This document shows, one piece after another, positions 1 to 12,992 of a stretch of DNA of 64,000 bases. The position numbers and the translations under genes are program-made. The stretch is from Amoeboaphelidium protococcarum X5 (taxonomy: Eukaryota > Fungi > Aphelidiomycota): the NCBI GenBank assembly GCA_023515725.1, contig JALDTO010000235.1:1-64000 (forward strand), read 5' to 3'. The notes under the pieces are model-generated. The model did not search any database and was not told where the DNA came from. It saw only the letters and a list, made by a program, of their open reading frames with translations. Position 1 is the first letter of the stretch. Each line of letters starts with the position of its first letter.

Positions 1-118
1 CCCTACCCCTACCCCTGCCTACCCCTACCCCTGCCCGCCCCTGCCCTGCCCTGCCGTGCCCTGCCCTGCCCTGCCCTGCCCTGCCCTGCCCTGCCCTGCC
101 TGCCCTGCCCTGCCCTGC
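1..118. repeat. Telomere-like C-rich terminal repeat: irregular CCCCTA/CCCCTG units distally, regular CCCTG units proximally
   Basis: Seen directly at the window start, with the C-rich strand 5' on +, as expected for a left chromosome end. Could instead be a microsatellite at a contig break. Confidence 0.6.
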
Positions 119-205
119 ATCTCGATTAAGAGCAATTTATTCAAGATTATCAATCTACTTAAATTCTTCAATAGAAATCTCACTGCTTCATCTAAAGTGT
201 TGAAA

Positions 206-1255
206 ATGCCTCCAGTCGCCAATTCCGAAAAGCTTGTGCACAAGGTTGTTATTATTGGTAGCGGGCCGGCTGCGCATACTGCGGCAATTTACTTGGGACG
301 TGCTTAGCTGAAGCCTGTGCTGTATGAAGGATTCCTGGCCGGTGGAGTGGCTCCTGGTGGATAGCTTACCACTACTACTGAAGTTGAAAACTTCCCTGGC
401 TTTCCTGAAGGTATCACCGGCTCGCAGCTGATGGACCGGATGCGGGAGTAGAGTGTGAAGTGTGAGACCACCATCCACACGGAGACTATTGCTAAAGTGG
501 ACTTTTCGCAGCGACCGTTCAAGCTATGGACTGAAGCGTAGGTTGAAGAGAATGCAGAGCCTGTGCTCACTCACTCTGTCATATTGGCTACTGGTGCCAC
601 AGCTAGACGCATGCATATTCCGGGCGAGGACAAGTACTGGAATGCCGGTATCTCCGCTTGTGCTGTGTGCGATGGTGCAGCCCCAATATTCCGTAATAAG
701 CCTCTAGCCGTGGTTGGTGGTGGTGATACTGCTTGTGAAGAGGCTACCTATCTGACGCGATATGCATCTAAGGTGTTCCTGCTTGTTCGCCGTAATCAGC
801 TGAGAGCCAGTAAAGTTATGCAGGAGCGTGTGATGAAGAATCCAAAGATTGAGATCAAGTGGAATTCTGTGCCAGTTGAAGCACAGGGAGAGAAATTATT
901 GAAGAAGCTGGTCATCCATGCCAGCGAGCCTACTACTGGTAAGCCTTATGGTAAGGATCATGCTAGCTTTCAAGAGTCGACTCTGGAGGTTAACGGATTG
1001 TTTTATGCTATTGGACACGTGCCAAATACTAGTTTTATCAAGGATGGAAAGACTGGAAAGTTGCAACTGAAAACTGATGCTGAAGGATACATTTTGCATG
1101 AACATCCTGGCCAAAGTACCATGACATCGATTGAAGGTGTGTTTGCCGCTGGAGATGTTGTTGACAAGCAGTACAGATAGGCTGTTACTGCTGCCGGTAG
1201 TGGATGTGCCAGTGCTTTGGATTGCGAAAGATGGCTTGAGGGGCAGGATCAATGA
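206..1255 (+). CDS. TRR1: Thioredoxin reductase (low-Mr, fungal/bacterial type)
   Basis: VVIIGSGPAAHTAAIY, GG(TAG=Q)LTTTTEVENFPGF, redox CAVC, GGGDTACEEA, GVFAAGDV..YR(Q)AVTAAGSG; ends at TGA 1253-1255. Confidence 0.96.
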
Positions 1256-1374
1256 TTCTTTCATCAGGATCTGAAGCATTTACTTTAATGAGTGTTAACC
1301 GACTCCAATGAAGGCAATAAAACTTTAAAATCAATTATCAATTTCACTTAAATCTTTATAGATTATTGTAAATA

Positions 1375-2373
<999 letters not shown>

Positions 2374-2513
2374 AAAGTTAATGAAATTGCAGATCCTCTT
2401 GCTTTGCCAAAAACTTGACGCGTTAAAGATATCAAAACTATCATAACAATAAAAAACAATATATAAGAGTTGCTGTATTTCAACGAATTCACCTAAGATG
2501 ATGAACACCGTAA

Positions 2514-3452
2514 TCATATTTCAAACTTTACTTTGGTCAACTCTTCACTCAAATTCCAGAGCTTCTTGGCAACTTCCATGTCTTGACCAACTGGGGCAGT
2601 CTTGGCCACAACAACTCCGTTGCCGCGAAATTCTTTGAACCCGTTCGGGCCATAATATTCACCTGGCTGGACACCATCATCCACCGCTGCGTATACGGAA
2701 GGCAATGCTCCATTATCAGCTCCTTACATGAACGGAATAAATGGCGAAATCAAGATTATCTGCCAGAAAGAGGCATTGCGACCCAGATTGGTCAGGCTAA
2801 CTCCAGGATGAACAGAGCACACAACTAGCTTCTTTAAATCTTGACTCTCTGCGGCGCGTCTTTGTAACTACTTGGTGAACAAAATATTGGCTAGCTTAGA
2901 ATTAGAATACACTGGCCATAGAGAGTACGATTTCTCACTCTGGAAATCCTCAAAGTCAATTTTACCATTCTGATGTGCCAGAGAAGAGACATTAACCACA
3001 CGCGGAGCATCCGACTTCTTCAACAGAGGCAGCAACAGGCCACTAAGAGCAAAATGCCCCAGATGGTTAGTACCAATAGTCAGCTCGAACCCATCCTTGG
3101 TTTACTCGCGAGTAGAACCAGCCACCACACCAGCGTTATTAACCAGAATATCAACACGCGGATACTTGTGCTTCTCGCTGACATCAGTGACGAACTAGCG
3201 CACACTATTCAGAGAGGCCAAGTCGAGACTACCAACTTGAACCTTATCAACATTACCAATTGCCTTCTTCATTTCATCCACAGCCTCAAATCCCTTCTTT
3301 TCAGACCTTACAGCCAGCAGCACGTTGGCACCCTTTCTAGCAAGCTCTAGCGCAGTATAGTAACCCAAACCTTTCACGCTAGCACCAGTCACAATAACAT
3401 ACTTATCGCTCAAATCTGGAATATCACTTAATTTCCAATCTTCTGGTTTCAT
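2514..3452 (-). CDS. Short-chain dehydrogenase/reductase (retinol dehydrogenase/WWOX-like), paralog 1
   Basis: [44 protein letters not shown]. Confidence 0.92.
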
Positions 3453-3605
3453 TATGATTAAAATGCTGTTGTTCGTTAACTGTTTAAATCAAAGGAGAAT
3501 AGATTGAATCAGAAATCTTATCAAAGCTTACGCGCCCCAGTTTGAAGGGCTGAAGTAATCAAGTTAAAACAATCCGCATTTAATTATGAAAACTTTTCAT
3601 CGTGC

Positions 3606-4541
3606 TCAGATTGAGAACTGAACTTTAGTTAGTCCCTCTGACAATTCCCACAACTTCTTTGCATAGTCGGCATTCTCAGCGTCCGCAGAAGGCTTTTCCT
3701 TCTTGACATTGTTGCCCCACAATTATTAGAAGCCATCCGGACCGAAATATTGTCCACTCTCCGCCAAGTCAGACGTGGCAGCAAATAGTTGTGGTCGAGC
3801 CCCCTTCTCAGCTGATTAAGCAAAAAGAGCGTTGGACAATTTCTAACCAATCTAAGGGATTCCAGTATTACTCTACAATTGCGTCGCACTGTAACCAGGA
3901 TGACAAGCCGTTACAACAACATCCTTACTGGCCTCTGCAAATTTACGCGCCAGCTCCTTCGTAAACAGGATATTGCACAGCTTTGAGAACGCGTAAGATC
4001 CCCATTGGCTGTATGATTTTTCGGAGTTACAGTTATCGAAATCAACTTTAGCACGTGTGTGCAAGAACGAACTCACATTAACAATGCGCGGCTTCTGGGA
4101 CTTCAATATCAGCGGCATCAAATGAGAAGTGAGTGCAAAATGGCCCAAGTGATTAGTACCAAACTGCATCTCAAAGCCATCTTTAGTCTCGATGCGTTTC
4201 GGAAAGGCCATAACTCCGGCATTGTTCACCAGAATATCCACCTTGTCAAAATGGTGCTTATTCGCCACGTCTTCAGTTGCAAACTTCTTCACGCTCTCCA
4301 GCGAGGCCAGATCCAGATGTCCAACTTGAATCTTCTCACACTTGACACCTTCCTATTTCAACTACTGCAAAGCCTACTCGGCCTTCTCGGCAGATCTGCA
4401 CGCCATCAGAACATCAGCACCCTTGTTCGCGAGCACCTTCACAGTCTCATAGCCGAGACCGCTGTTTCCCCCAGTCACGATAGCATTCTTACCATCCAAC
4501 GAGGGAATTTGGTCAACACTCCACTGCTGCTCCACAGTCAT
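3606..4541 (-). CDS. Short-chain dehydrogenase/reductase, paralog 2 (tandem with paralog 1)
   Basis: [51 protein letters not shown]. Confidence 0.92.
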
Positions 4542-4637
4542 TGATAGATATTATTATTATTGATTGCGTTATTATTAATTGCTCAAACCACAAGAAGGGA
4601 AATCACGATAGATGCCTATAATAATGATGATGATGAT

Positions 4638-5025
4638 GAAGGAAAGAGAACGTTGTGAAATTGACTCACATCAACAGAGAGTCCCTGAAAATCACGTAAG
4701 CTTCGACTGCGCCATACCACTTCGCTCTCTCTCGCTCTTCTTACTTTCTCCGTATTAAAATCTCCTTGGACGAATTTATAGCAAGGAGTTCGTTCTATCC
4801 ACGTCATGTGGGTTATTCGATCATTGGTACACTTTAAAAAAGCTCCAGCAATCTTTTCATTGGGGTCCCCACATAGCCCCTTAATAGCAGAGTAACAGTA
4901 TAGTACGAGCATAACGATAAGCAATTATAAAACACTTCTATGATTTAGTGATCAGATGTTAAGCAAGGCGCAATAGAGTCTTTTGCAAGACCTTCATATG
5001 GACATCACGAACTCCTTGCATAGTG
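4638..5025 (-). ncRNA. Candidate Fanzor omegaRNA scaffold overlapping and following the Fanzor 3' end
   Basis: Perfect 13-bp inverted repeat 4781-4793/5007-5019; 11+4-bp terminal stem 4638-4652/4723-4740 with G-U pairs that work only on the - strand; hairpins 4762-4788 and 4978-4991. Position matches TnpB/Fanzor omegaRNAs. Boundaries approximate. Confidence 0.6.
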
Positions 5026-7216
5026 TCTAATCCGCTTAGTTCGCAGTAACCAATTTCACTTCTTCCTTAGAAAAACTTCGAGACATAACATTATATGATC
5101 CAACATTATCCCGATATGCACGAGAATCACCCAACATGAAGTACTCATCAGCACCAAGACAGTTATGTAGCACATTCTGAAACGGATGTTGTTTCCACGT
5201 AAACTCCTCCGTTGTCACGAGCACTTACTTTCCAGATCTAAATATATTAGCTTATGCCATTGCAATAAGTTTCATACGACACTTGTAATGGCAAAACGCC
5301 AATAGAGTCTTCCGCGTATTTTTATGGAGAAGATGCCCAGAATTTTATTAACCACGCGAGTGTGTTACCAGTACATCGGCCGTATCACTTAGAACGGGAG
5401 GTAGATTCAAACGCTTTCTCCGTTTCTTCACCATCTTAATAGTCAGAAACTCGGGAAGAATGATTAGATCATAATGTCGCATCAAAAAGTTGCCAATTCG
5501 GTTATGCAAATTAGATACATATGCAGAGAATTTGGTGTAAGCACGACTAATGCCAATATCAGTGGGAACAACATTATTCTTTGATTACTTCCATGTGTGC
5601 CATAATTCTTTCTTCTACGCTTTAAACTCCTCCAGACTCAATTGTCCATTCTGTAAAGCAGCTGCGCGATTATCCATCTAATCTTTCAGAGACTATGCAT
5701 TGGAAATCTATTCACTCTTATTCTTATATAGCTACTTGAAATCAGGCGCAATCGCAATGAATGACCTGCGATCCAAATCGAAGACGGTCATGCTCACTCT
5801 AACACCTGGATCCACCGAGCAAGTGTTTCCAGTTTAACGGCAACGCGCATCACGGCGGCTTATAAATGATCTAGCACCTTCAAGATTCTCATCTGCATTA
5901 TTCATATCTTGCAGTTGCTAGTAATACCAATCAGTGAATGGACCTTATATACAGGAGGCATCATACGAAACAATCACAAAGAACTTTTTTCTTCTTTTCA
6001 CGAGCTTGAACTCTCTTCCTCTGCCATAGCCAAACTTGATGAAACGGGGCCAGTAGTCAATCTTGCCAGGCTTTTAGAATAGAGGATCTTTGGCATACAG
6101 TTTCCCAAAGCTCTTGAGGAATGAAGGCAGTAGGCGGACGCGATTGCTATCTGGATCTACACGGGCATCTTACGCTTGAAACTGGAGCATCTAAAACTAA
6201 TCATCATCTCTATTTGGCATAAAGTTGTAGTCTTTGATATCACCCTTTGTATACTTCTCATGAGCCGCATAGTAATACGTGCGAGTCGCATTAATAATCT
6301 CATCTTGCACTGTAGATGGCATTCGCATCCAACGCAATCTTGGGTCGTCATCAGGCACGCGGCACTTTTTGGCTTTGACTTAACTTAGCGCAACATGGTT
6401 CCTTAGCGCTTGTATTGACACCTTTTCTCCTTAATCTCTGGAATCATTCAAAATGTTAATGATGAAATTGACCATTTGAAACTTGAGATCCAGCCATTCA
6501 TTGAATTTGTGTATGAACTTCTTATCAGGGAATATACGAATATTAATCGAGCGTATCTGATCATACTGATTCAGTTCGGCAATCTCTCGCCTATTTTTCA
6601 TCTTGCCGACTTTTGGTTTCATGTTTTGCAATGCCACTAGAGACTATTCCGAAAGCTGTAGAATTTTCTTCTTCTTCAAACTCTTAGATGACGACTATTA
6701 CTGCTTATATTTCCATTTAGCCATTAGAGAGTCTGTATCTGATGCAATCTACTGATTCCGCATTTTGGATTCAATGATATTCTTCATTTAATGCTGCACC
6801 TGACTAAAACTTTACTTCTCCTGGCTCTCACTTACGTTTTGTCCCATGTCTTTACGATTCAAATTAGGATTGAACTTTGCTGTTAAGGAGTGTTCTGTTT
6901 ATTAAGATTACGGTATTTGCCAGTCCTTGTCAGTGCATTTTAACAACAGTCGTTAATTGAACGCGTCTGTGTTGCCATTCCAAACATAATGTCCAAACCA
7001 TTCAGATTTAGTATTATACCAAGGGGCAAATACTGGAGCAAATGCGGCAAATGATGATGCGCCAAGTTCTTTGACTATCCGAATATCAACTTCATTGATC
7101 ACCTTAGCACACACGGAGAGAAATCCGGGAATATCTTGATGATATGCTTAAGTTTTGAAATCTTCTTGTGCTGTCTTTGCAGCCGCAGATAATTCACGGT
7201 TTTGGCTTGGCTACAT
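4994..7216 (-). CDS. Fanzor1-like (TnpB-derived) RNA-guided RuvC endonuclease, ~740 aa
   Basis: Uninterrupted frame with TAR=Q. N-region RSINIRIFP; RuvC-I CSVDPGVR (Asp 5810-5812); LHNRIGNFLMRHYDLIILPEF; KTLLAFCHYKCRMKL; TTEEFT (relocated Glu); RuvC-III RDNVGSYNV. Confidence 0.85.
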
Positions 7217-7705
7217 TTTCAAATGATCAGTATTGCGATGAAAGAATTAGAACACTGTCAGTAAGCATTGAATACAATGCAATGATGAGATGTGACACGA
7301 CCAGTCATCATTTCATTGTGATATCAATGAGGATGGTCGCAGCTTAAAACCACTCAGGAGTTATTGGTATTGTTAAGGTATTGAGACAAGCTCAGAAGAT
7401 TGGCAATAAAGTAAACGAGTAATTAGATTATTGACTTGTATTGAAGAGTATGTAAAAATATATAGAATCTCATTAATAATCGTATTTAAAATAAGACTAA
7501 CTATCATACAAATACTTTATGGATAAAAAATTTCAAAAGGACTTGGTGCACGAATGATTGATCCACGTCTCTTTTCGCCCTTTTTTCAAGATTTTGTTTC
7601 AACTTTTTTTCTCCTTCCATTCTTCTCTTTTTGACATTGAAATTCTCATTTTATCTTCTTATTATTCTAGGTACAATATATCACAATAGAATACTATTAA
7701 ACAGC

Positions 7706-9892
7706 ATGTCTAACAGTGGTAATGCACCGTACACTAAATTGAATATCATTGGCAAAGGATCGTATGGAGAGGTCTACAAGGGAATGAACACCAGGACTGG
7801 AGAGATTATTGCTATCAAGGTGATCAACTTGGAGTCTAAAGATTTTGTTGATGCAGACTTGTCGGAAATATAGAAGGAGGTTCATGTACTTAGTACCATT
7901 ACCAGTGGAAGTAATTCTGTGACATAGCAGAATGCCGCCGGCTCAGAGTATATTGTGCGGTATCGAGAGTCCGTTCTAATGTCCTTTGAGTTGTGGATCA
8001 TTATGGATCATGCAGGTGGTGGTTCAGTCAGAAATCTGTTGGAAATGGGCCCAATGGAAGAGAAGTACATTGCTTAGATTACAGTTGGAGTGTGTTATGC
8101 TCTCTCTTACCTGCATAGAATCGGTGTTGTTCATCGAGATATAAAGAGCGCCAATATATTACTCACTGAAGATGGATGTGTTAAGCTATGTGATTTTGGT
8201 GTTGCTGGTCAGATAACAGCGAGGCACATGAAGAGATTTAGTTTTGTTGGAAGTCCATTCTGGATGGCTCCGGAGGTTATCAAGCGGTCGGCTTACAACT
8301 TCAAAGCTGATATTTGGTCACTGGGTATTACCGTTTATGAGATGGCTGAGCAGGTACCTCCTTATGCTGACGTGGATCCGATGAAGGCTCTGTTTTTGAT
8401 TCCCCGTAATCCTCCTGCCTAGTTGGAAGGAGATTAACATTCTAAGCCTTTGAAAGAATTTGTATCTGCATGTTTGAATGATGATCCAGAGCTGCGACCG
8501 ACAGCTGACGATTTACTGAAATTGAAGTTTGTAAAGTCTTAAACTAAACGTAAGCTACCAGGTTTGAGTAGTGTCACGTCTAATAACAGCGGAAGTGGTC
8601 AAAACAGTGGTGCCAATGCTGAACTGGCTGAATTGATTGTGGAATACAGAAAATGGAAGTTGGAGAATTAAGAGCCTGATTTGCCAGCTGGTGCAAACGA
8701 TTCTTCATAACCTGAAGATGGCGATTATGATGATGTCTAATAATCGTAAGATGCGCAGATTGAGCCGTGGTCATTTGATACTATAAAGTCAACTCTGAAT
8801 AGGCCCAGGAACTCTCAATAAAATTTCGAAAGTAATGACAAGAGATACGAAACTGTGCTTCAGTTATCCTAATAAAATTCAACCTCATCTCATGCTGTCT
8901 CGCTAGATAGACCAGAGAGAGTTCAGTCTTTCTATGAAGATCCTGACGCTGATGACTCTATTGATCCTAGTGCTTTGATTGTGAATAATGACTCTGTACA
9001 TATAGAATGGGCCCAGGATGGTATAGTCATTACGCGAAAGAACCCAAGTGGCCACAAAAATATTTCATCTGATGAAGAAGATGAAGATGATAACTCTGTT
9101 AATAGTGCAGACTCATAGGTAACTCCGAAGCGAGCGACACTTGCTGAGCTTTCGCGATTGAAAAGTCTCTCTGGCTCTACAGATAGTTCACAGCTCTTGG
9201 TGGATCCCAACGCGTACTCTGGAGCGGGCTTTGAAGATTCTCGACGCCTTCCTAGTGATGTCGTTGATACTACGTACGCCAATCTCTAACAAATCAAGTC
9301 TCCTGTTGATTACAATGGGATCAAGTCACCAGGGGAGTACAATTCATCATCCAGTCACTCAAACTCCACTTTCAGTGATGTTAAAGCAAGGCTACCTGTC
9401 AGTATAGCCGTGGATCTGGATAAGTAGCAATAGTCATAGTAGTAAAAATCCTTCTCTACTGGATCGCCTGATTTATCTAATCATTTGCACAAGTTTAAGC
9501 GGTAATAACGGCAGAAGAGAGGATTGCCTTCGCAGTAGAATAGAATATCGTCTCTGCAAGTGCCATTGAAATCTGATACTACATCATCTTCTGACCATCA
9601 GAAATACGTGGATACGAGTCCGATGGATATAAGAAGACGAATATTGAGCAACTCTCATTTTGTCGCGCCTTAGAGTCTTTTGAAATCTGAAGGGAAAGAT
9701 GGGAACAATATTGAGTACTTACATGCTCTTATGCGTGATCCTCTTATCAAACCGCCACGAATTGAGAAGATTTAAAACGATGATGTGATGAAACTATCAG
9801 AGATGCTCCAAGATACGTTTGTACATGGCGAGTAGTGGGCCTCGAGTCTGAAAATTATTCTGTAGCTGTAGCAATCATAACAACGCTCATGA
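7706..9892 (+). CDS. STE20/GCK-family Ser/Thr kinase (Kic1/Nak1-like) with long low-complexity C-terminus
   Basis: [52 protein letters not shown]. Confidence 0.92.
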
Positions 9893-10188
9893 AATTGATA
9901 TTCTATTAAACATTATATCTCTACATTGAAAGTAAGGATGTCATTTTTACTTGCACAACCACCTCCATCAAACTCCACCGAGCCGTCGAAATCAACTGAG
10001 AAAAGTGCGCGCGCGTTTCTGTTTCAACTTCTCCCAACTTTCCAAAGAACTGCTCACCTTTCTCCTCCATCATTCATCTTTTGGTAAAGTTATTATCAAA
10101 ATTAACTCTATTGGAATCGCTTTAGAATACAATTTAGGCGATCCCCTTTTAGTATTATTATTCTGAAAGCGAACATTCTAATAAAACT

Positions 10189-11880
10189 ATGGAGACTAGA
10201 AAGAGAAGAAGCGGCCGGTTTAATCCTCATACTCCAGTGAAGCCATCCCCTTTGACTACTGAGTTGTACAATTCAACGGTGGATTTCGGATTTGAAGAGT
10301 CTGCCGAATTTGACAAGAGCCGCGATGATGCTGACAATGTATTTATGCCGCCCAAGTAGAGCAGTACGTCTTCTTCTTCGCAGCGTCTGTTGCATCATGC
10401 TGATGGTAGTGCTGGAGGTCCATCCGGCCTGGCGAATTCCATTATGAGCCCATTCAAGTAGGGAGTTGAGATGTTCTTGCAGTCTCCTGGTCCACAGGCG
10501 ATTCATAAACGATTAAAGCAATCTTTTGTAGGCGGTGGCTCTTCCGATGCTCCACTAGCTGCCAGAAGTCAACGTTCTGCCAACTTGCGTCTGGATATTG
10601 GCGATGCATAAGGATCTGCTGCATCTCACTAATCTCGCCTACAGTCTAGTAAAAAGGGAAAACATTCAGGTTTATCATTAAAATCTGATAAGAATGTTCG
10701 ATCAACTTTGGATAAATGGCTCGTTGCAGCTCAAGATTAGCTAACGCACATTGTCTAAAAGTTGTAATTTGGTGTGAACTACACTCAATAGTTTTTGCGC
10801 AACTATGGCAAGGTTGTTGGTCAAATTCTGGCACTATCAGCGGCCATACTTGCCTTAATGTTCCTAGCTCGATATCTGGTTAATTCTATCGTTGGTGAGT
10901 TGGAAAGTTTTGAGCCGCACTCTTAGACATCTTCTGCTGATACGAATGGACTACACGGTGACCAGTACATCCAGCATGAAGATTATGCGTTTCCATATGA
11001 GTAAATGCCATCACCGTAAGAGGAAGAATCTAATGAGCTTGAGCTATTTCAAAGAGATTCTGACTCGGTGCCTTTAAAATATCTCACTTTGGCTGTCAAT
11101 AAATTATTTAATGATAGAATGCAAGAGCTGGAGATGAAGATCAGGGCCAAGTAAACAATATTTGATATCAAGGAGACTGCTGACTATGCTCTACTTAGTG
11201 GCGGGGCATCTTTTGTGAGGGAACTTACATCGAAAACTGTTATTGATAATAGATTGCTGCAAGAGTATCAACTATCAAAGACCAAGTGGGCACTGTTAAA
11301 GAGAATGCTTGGATTTGAACATTAATCAGCTGAAGGTGTCAAATCCTAGATTAATTCATGGCTGAATCTACACGGCCCCAATATTGCTCTGTCTTCTGAT
11401 ATTGAAGCCGGCAAGTGTTGGATGATGAAAATGGTGAACGGTAGAGGTCAACTTACTATTCAGTTATCGGAACAAATTATTCCGGTCTCTTTCAGTGTGG
11501 AGCATATTTTCAAAGAAGTTGCTCTTAAGGGTGATATATCCGATGCACCAAAGTCTATCCAAGTATTTGGCCTGTTTAAAGATCCCGCTGCTGCTCATTA
11601 AAACTTTATCTCTTTGCATTAGAAAGCTGAGCTATTAGCCTCGATTGAGTTGAAGGAAGAGCATCTGAGTCAAGATTATGTAAAGAGCGACGCTGAGAGT
11701 ATCAAGTTCTATGACAGTTTGATTAGTCGAACATTCACATTTGATGCCAATATTTCAGATGATCTACGTGCTAAAATCAATCAAATTGGAGGCTTGAAGT
11801 ACATTCAATTTCGTATTCAGTCCAATTTTGGGAATCCTCAGTAGAGCTGCATTTACAGATTGCGTGCTCATGGACATTGA
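10189..11880 (+). CDS. SUN-domain (Sad1/UNC-84) nuclear envelope protein
   Basis: C-terminal DYALLSGGA, GKCW, FSVEHI, SDAPKSIQVFG, SNFGNP..SCIYRLRAHG; hydrophobic segment near 10820-10890. Confidence 0.88.
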
Positions 11881-12992
11881 GTGAACTTGGACTCTGAAGG
11901 TGATATAATATTAATAAGTGGAGTATGAATGAACACATGTTGTTGAATTGGATAAAGATAAGCTGGCTCTGACTGTAAAACTTTCTAATCGGTCAAATTT
12001 TATTTAGATTCCTCAGGCTATAACAATAATACCAATGAATTTTTCAAGAGCTTGCGGATGATGGTAATTCCCATGATACCAGCGATTTTATATATACTGG
12101 TACTGATAATACAGTATGTGACCGTAGAGATAATGAACCAAATTAGAGAGCTAGCAAAAGGCAGCAAATAAATTCGTTCACTTGCCGTATTCCAACTTGC
12201 TTTACATCAGCTTTCTGCAAGTCCGCGTCAATGAGTCGTGTCAGATCACCGGCTACGATCAACTAATTCCCTTGTGAGTATAGGTACAGTAGTTGTAGGA
12301 AGATCGATTGCGACAATCAAGTTACGAATATTATCCCAGCTGAACCACTTGACATACGCGTCAAATATTTTGCCCTGCAAAAATGGATTCGAAGGATAGA
12401 TCTTATATGATCTACCCTGAAACTGAGTCATTTGTCACGTCTAATTATAATGTACGTGCTGCTGTATAAATGGTTCTTATAATATACCGTATACTTTTCA
12501 GTATTGATATAGTGAATTAAAGTGTTTAATTAAATTTTTATACGGGAGTAATATTCCATGACATGTTTGAAAACTGTGTTTATTAGATCGGTGGCTCCCC
12601 TGTCCTACGTACTCTCTTGCATCTCAAAGCTCACGCGTTACTGTTGTTGTAACTCCCTGTGCTGAAACAGGGGTTTACATATACATATATGATTGCCATG
12701 GAACATGACCACACCTTCCGGACGACACTCTTGATATATGTACACCTGGGTACATGATAATCTACATCCGCCAGCTGCTTAAATGATTCTTCTCACTCAA
12801 TTAACAGAAGCAACACCGGTAATAAATGTCATTCACGCTCCCAATCAGAGTATTATCCAATCACGGTTCGAGTAACGTTTAGGCGCTTGGCTGATTTTTA
12901 TTTCTCCATTATTATCGTTGATATAAAAAAGCTCACAAAAGATTTACTAAAGATATAACAATCAAGTGAATAAAGAGTCTGATAGTGTATCC

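Noticed and set aside
25-307. ORF-track peptides with PCPAL/GQGRA repeats
   Set aside because: Translations of the terminal repeat; only the part from ATG 206 is convincingly coding.
4971-5311. 12-nt direct repeat CAATAGAGTCTT at 4971 and 5300 as a possible TSD or array unit
   Set aside because: One copy is inside the Fanzor CDS and there are only two copies; no supportable role.
7217-7700. Left end or TIR of a Fanzor-carrying transposon
   Set aside because: No inverted repeat to the right end or TSD was visible by eye.
11950-12700. Short ORF 12246-12431 (-) and neighbouring frames
   Set aside because: No recognisable motif, and with only one stop codon short ORFs arise easily by chance.
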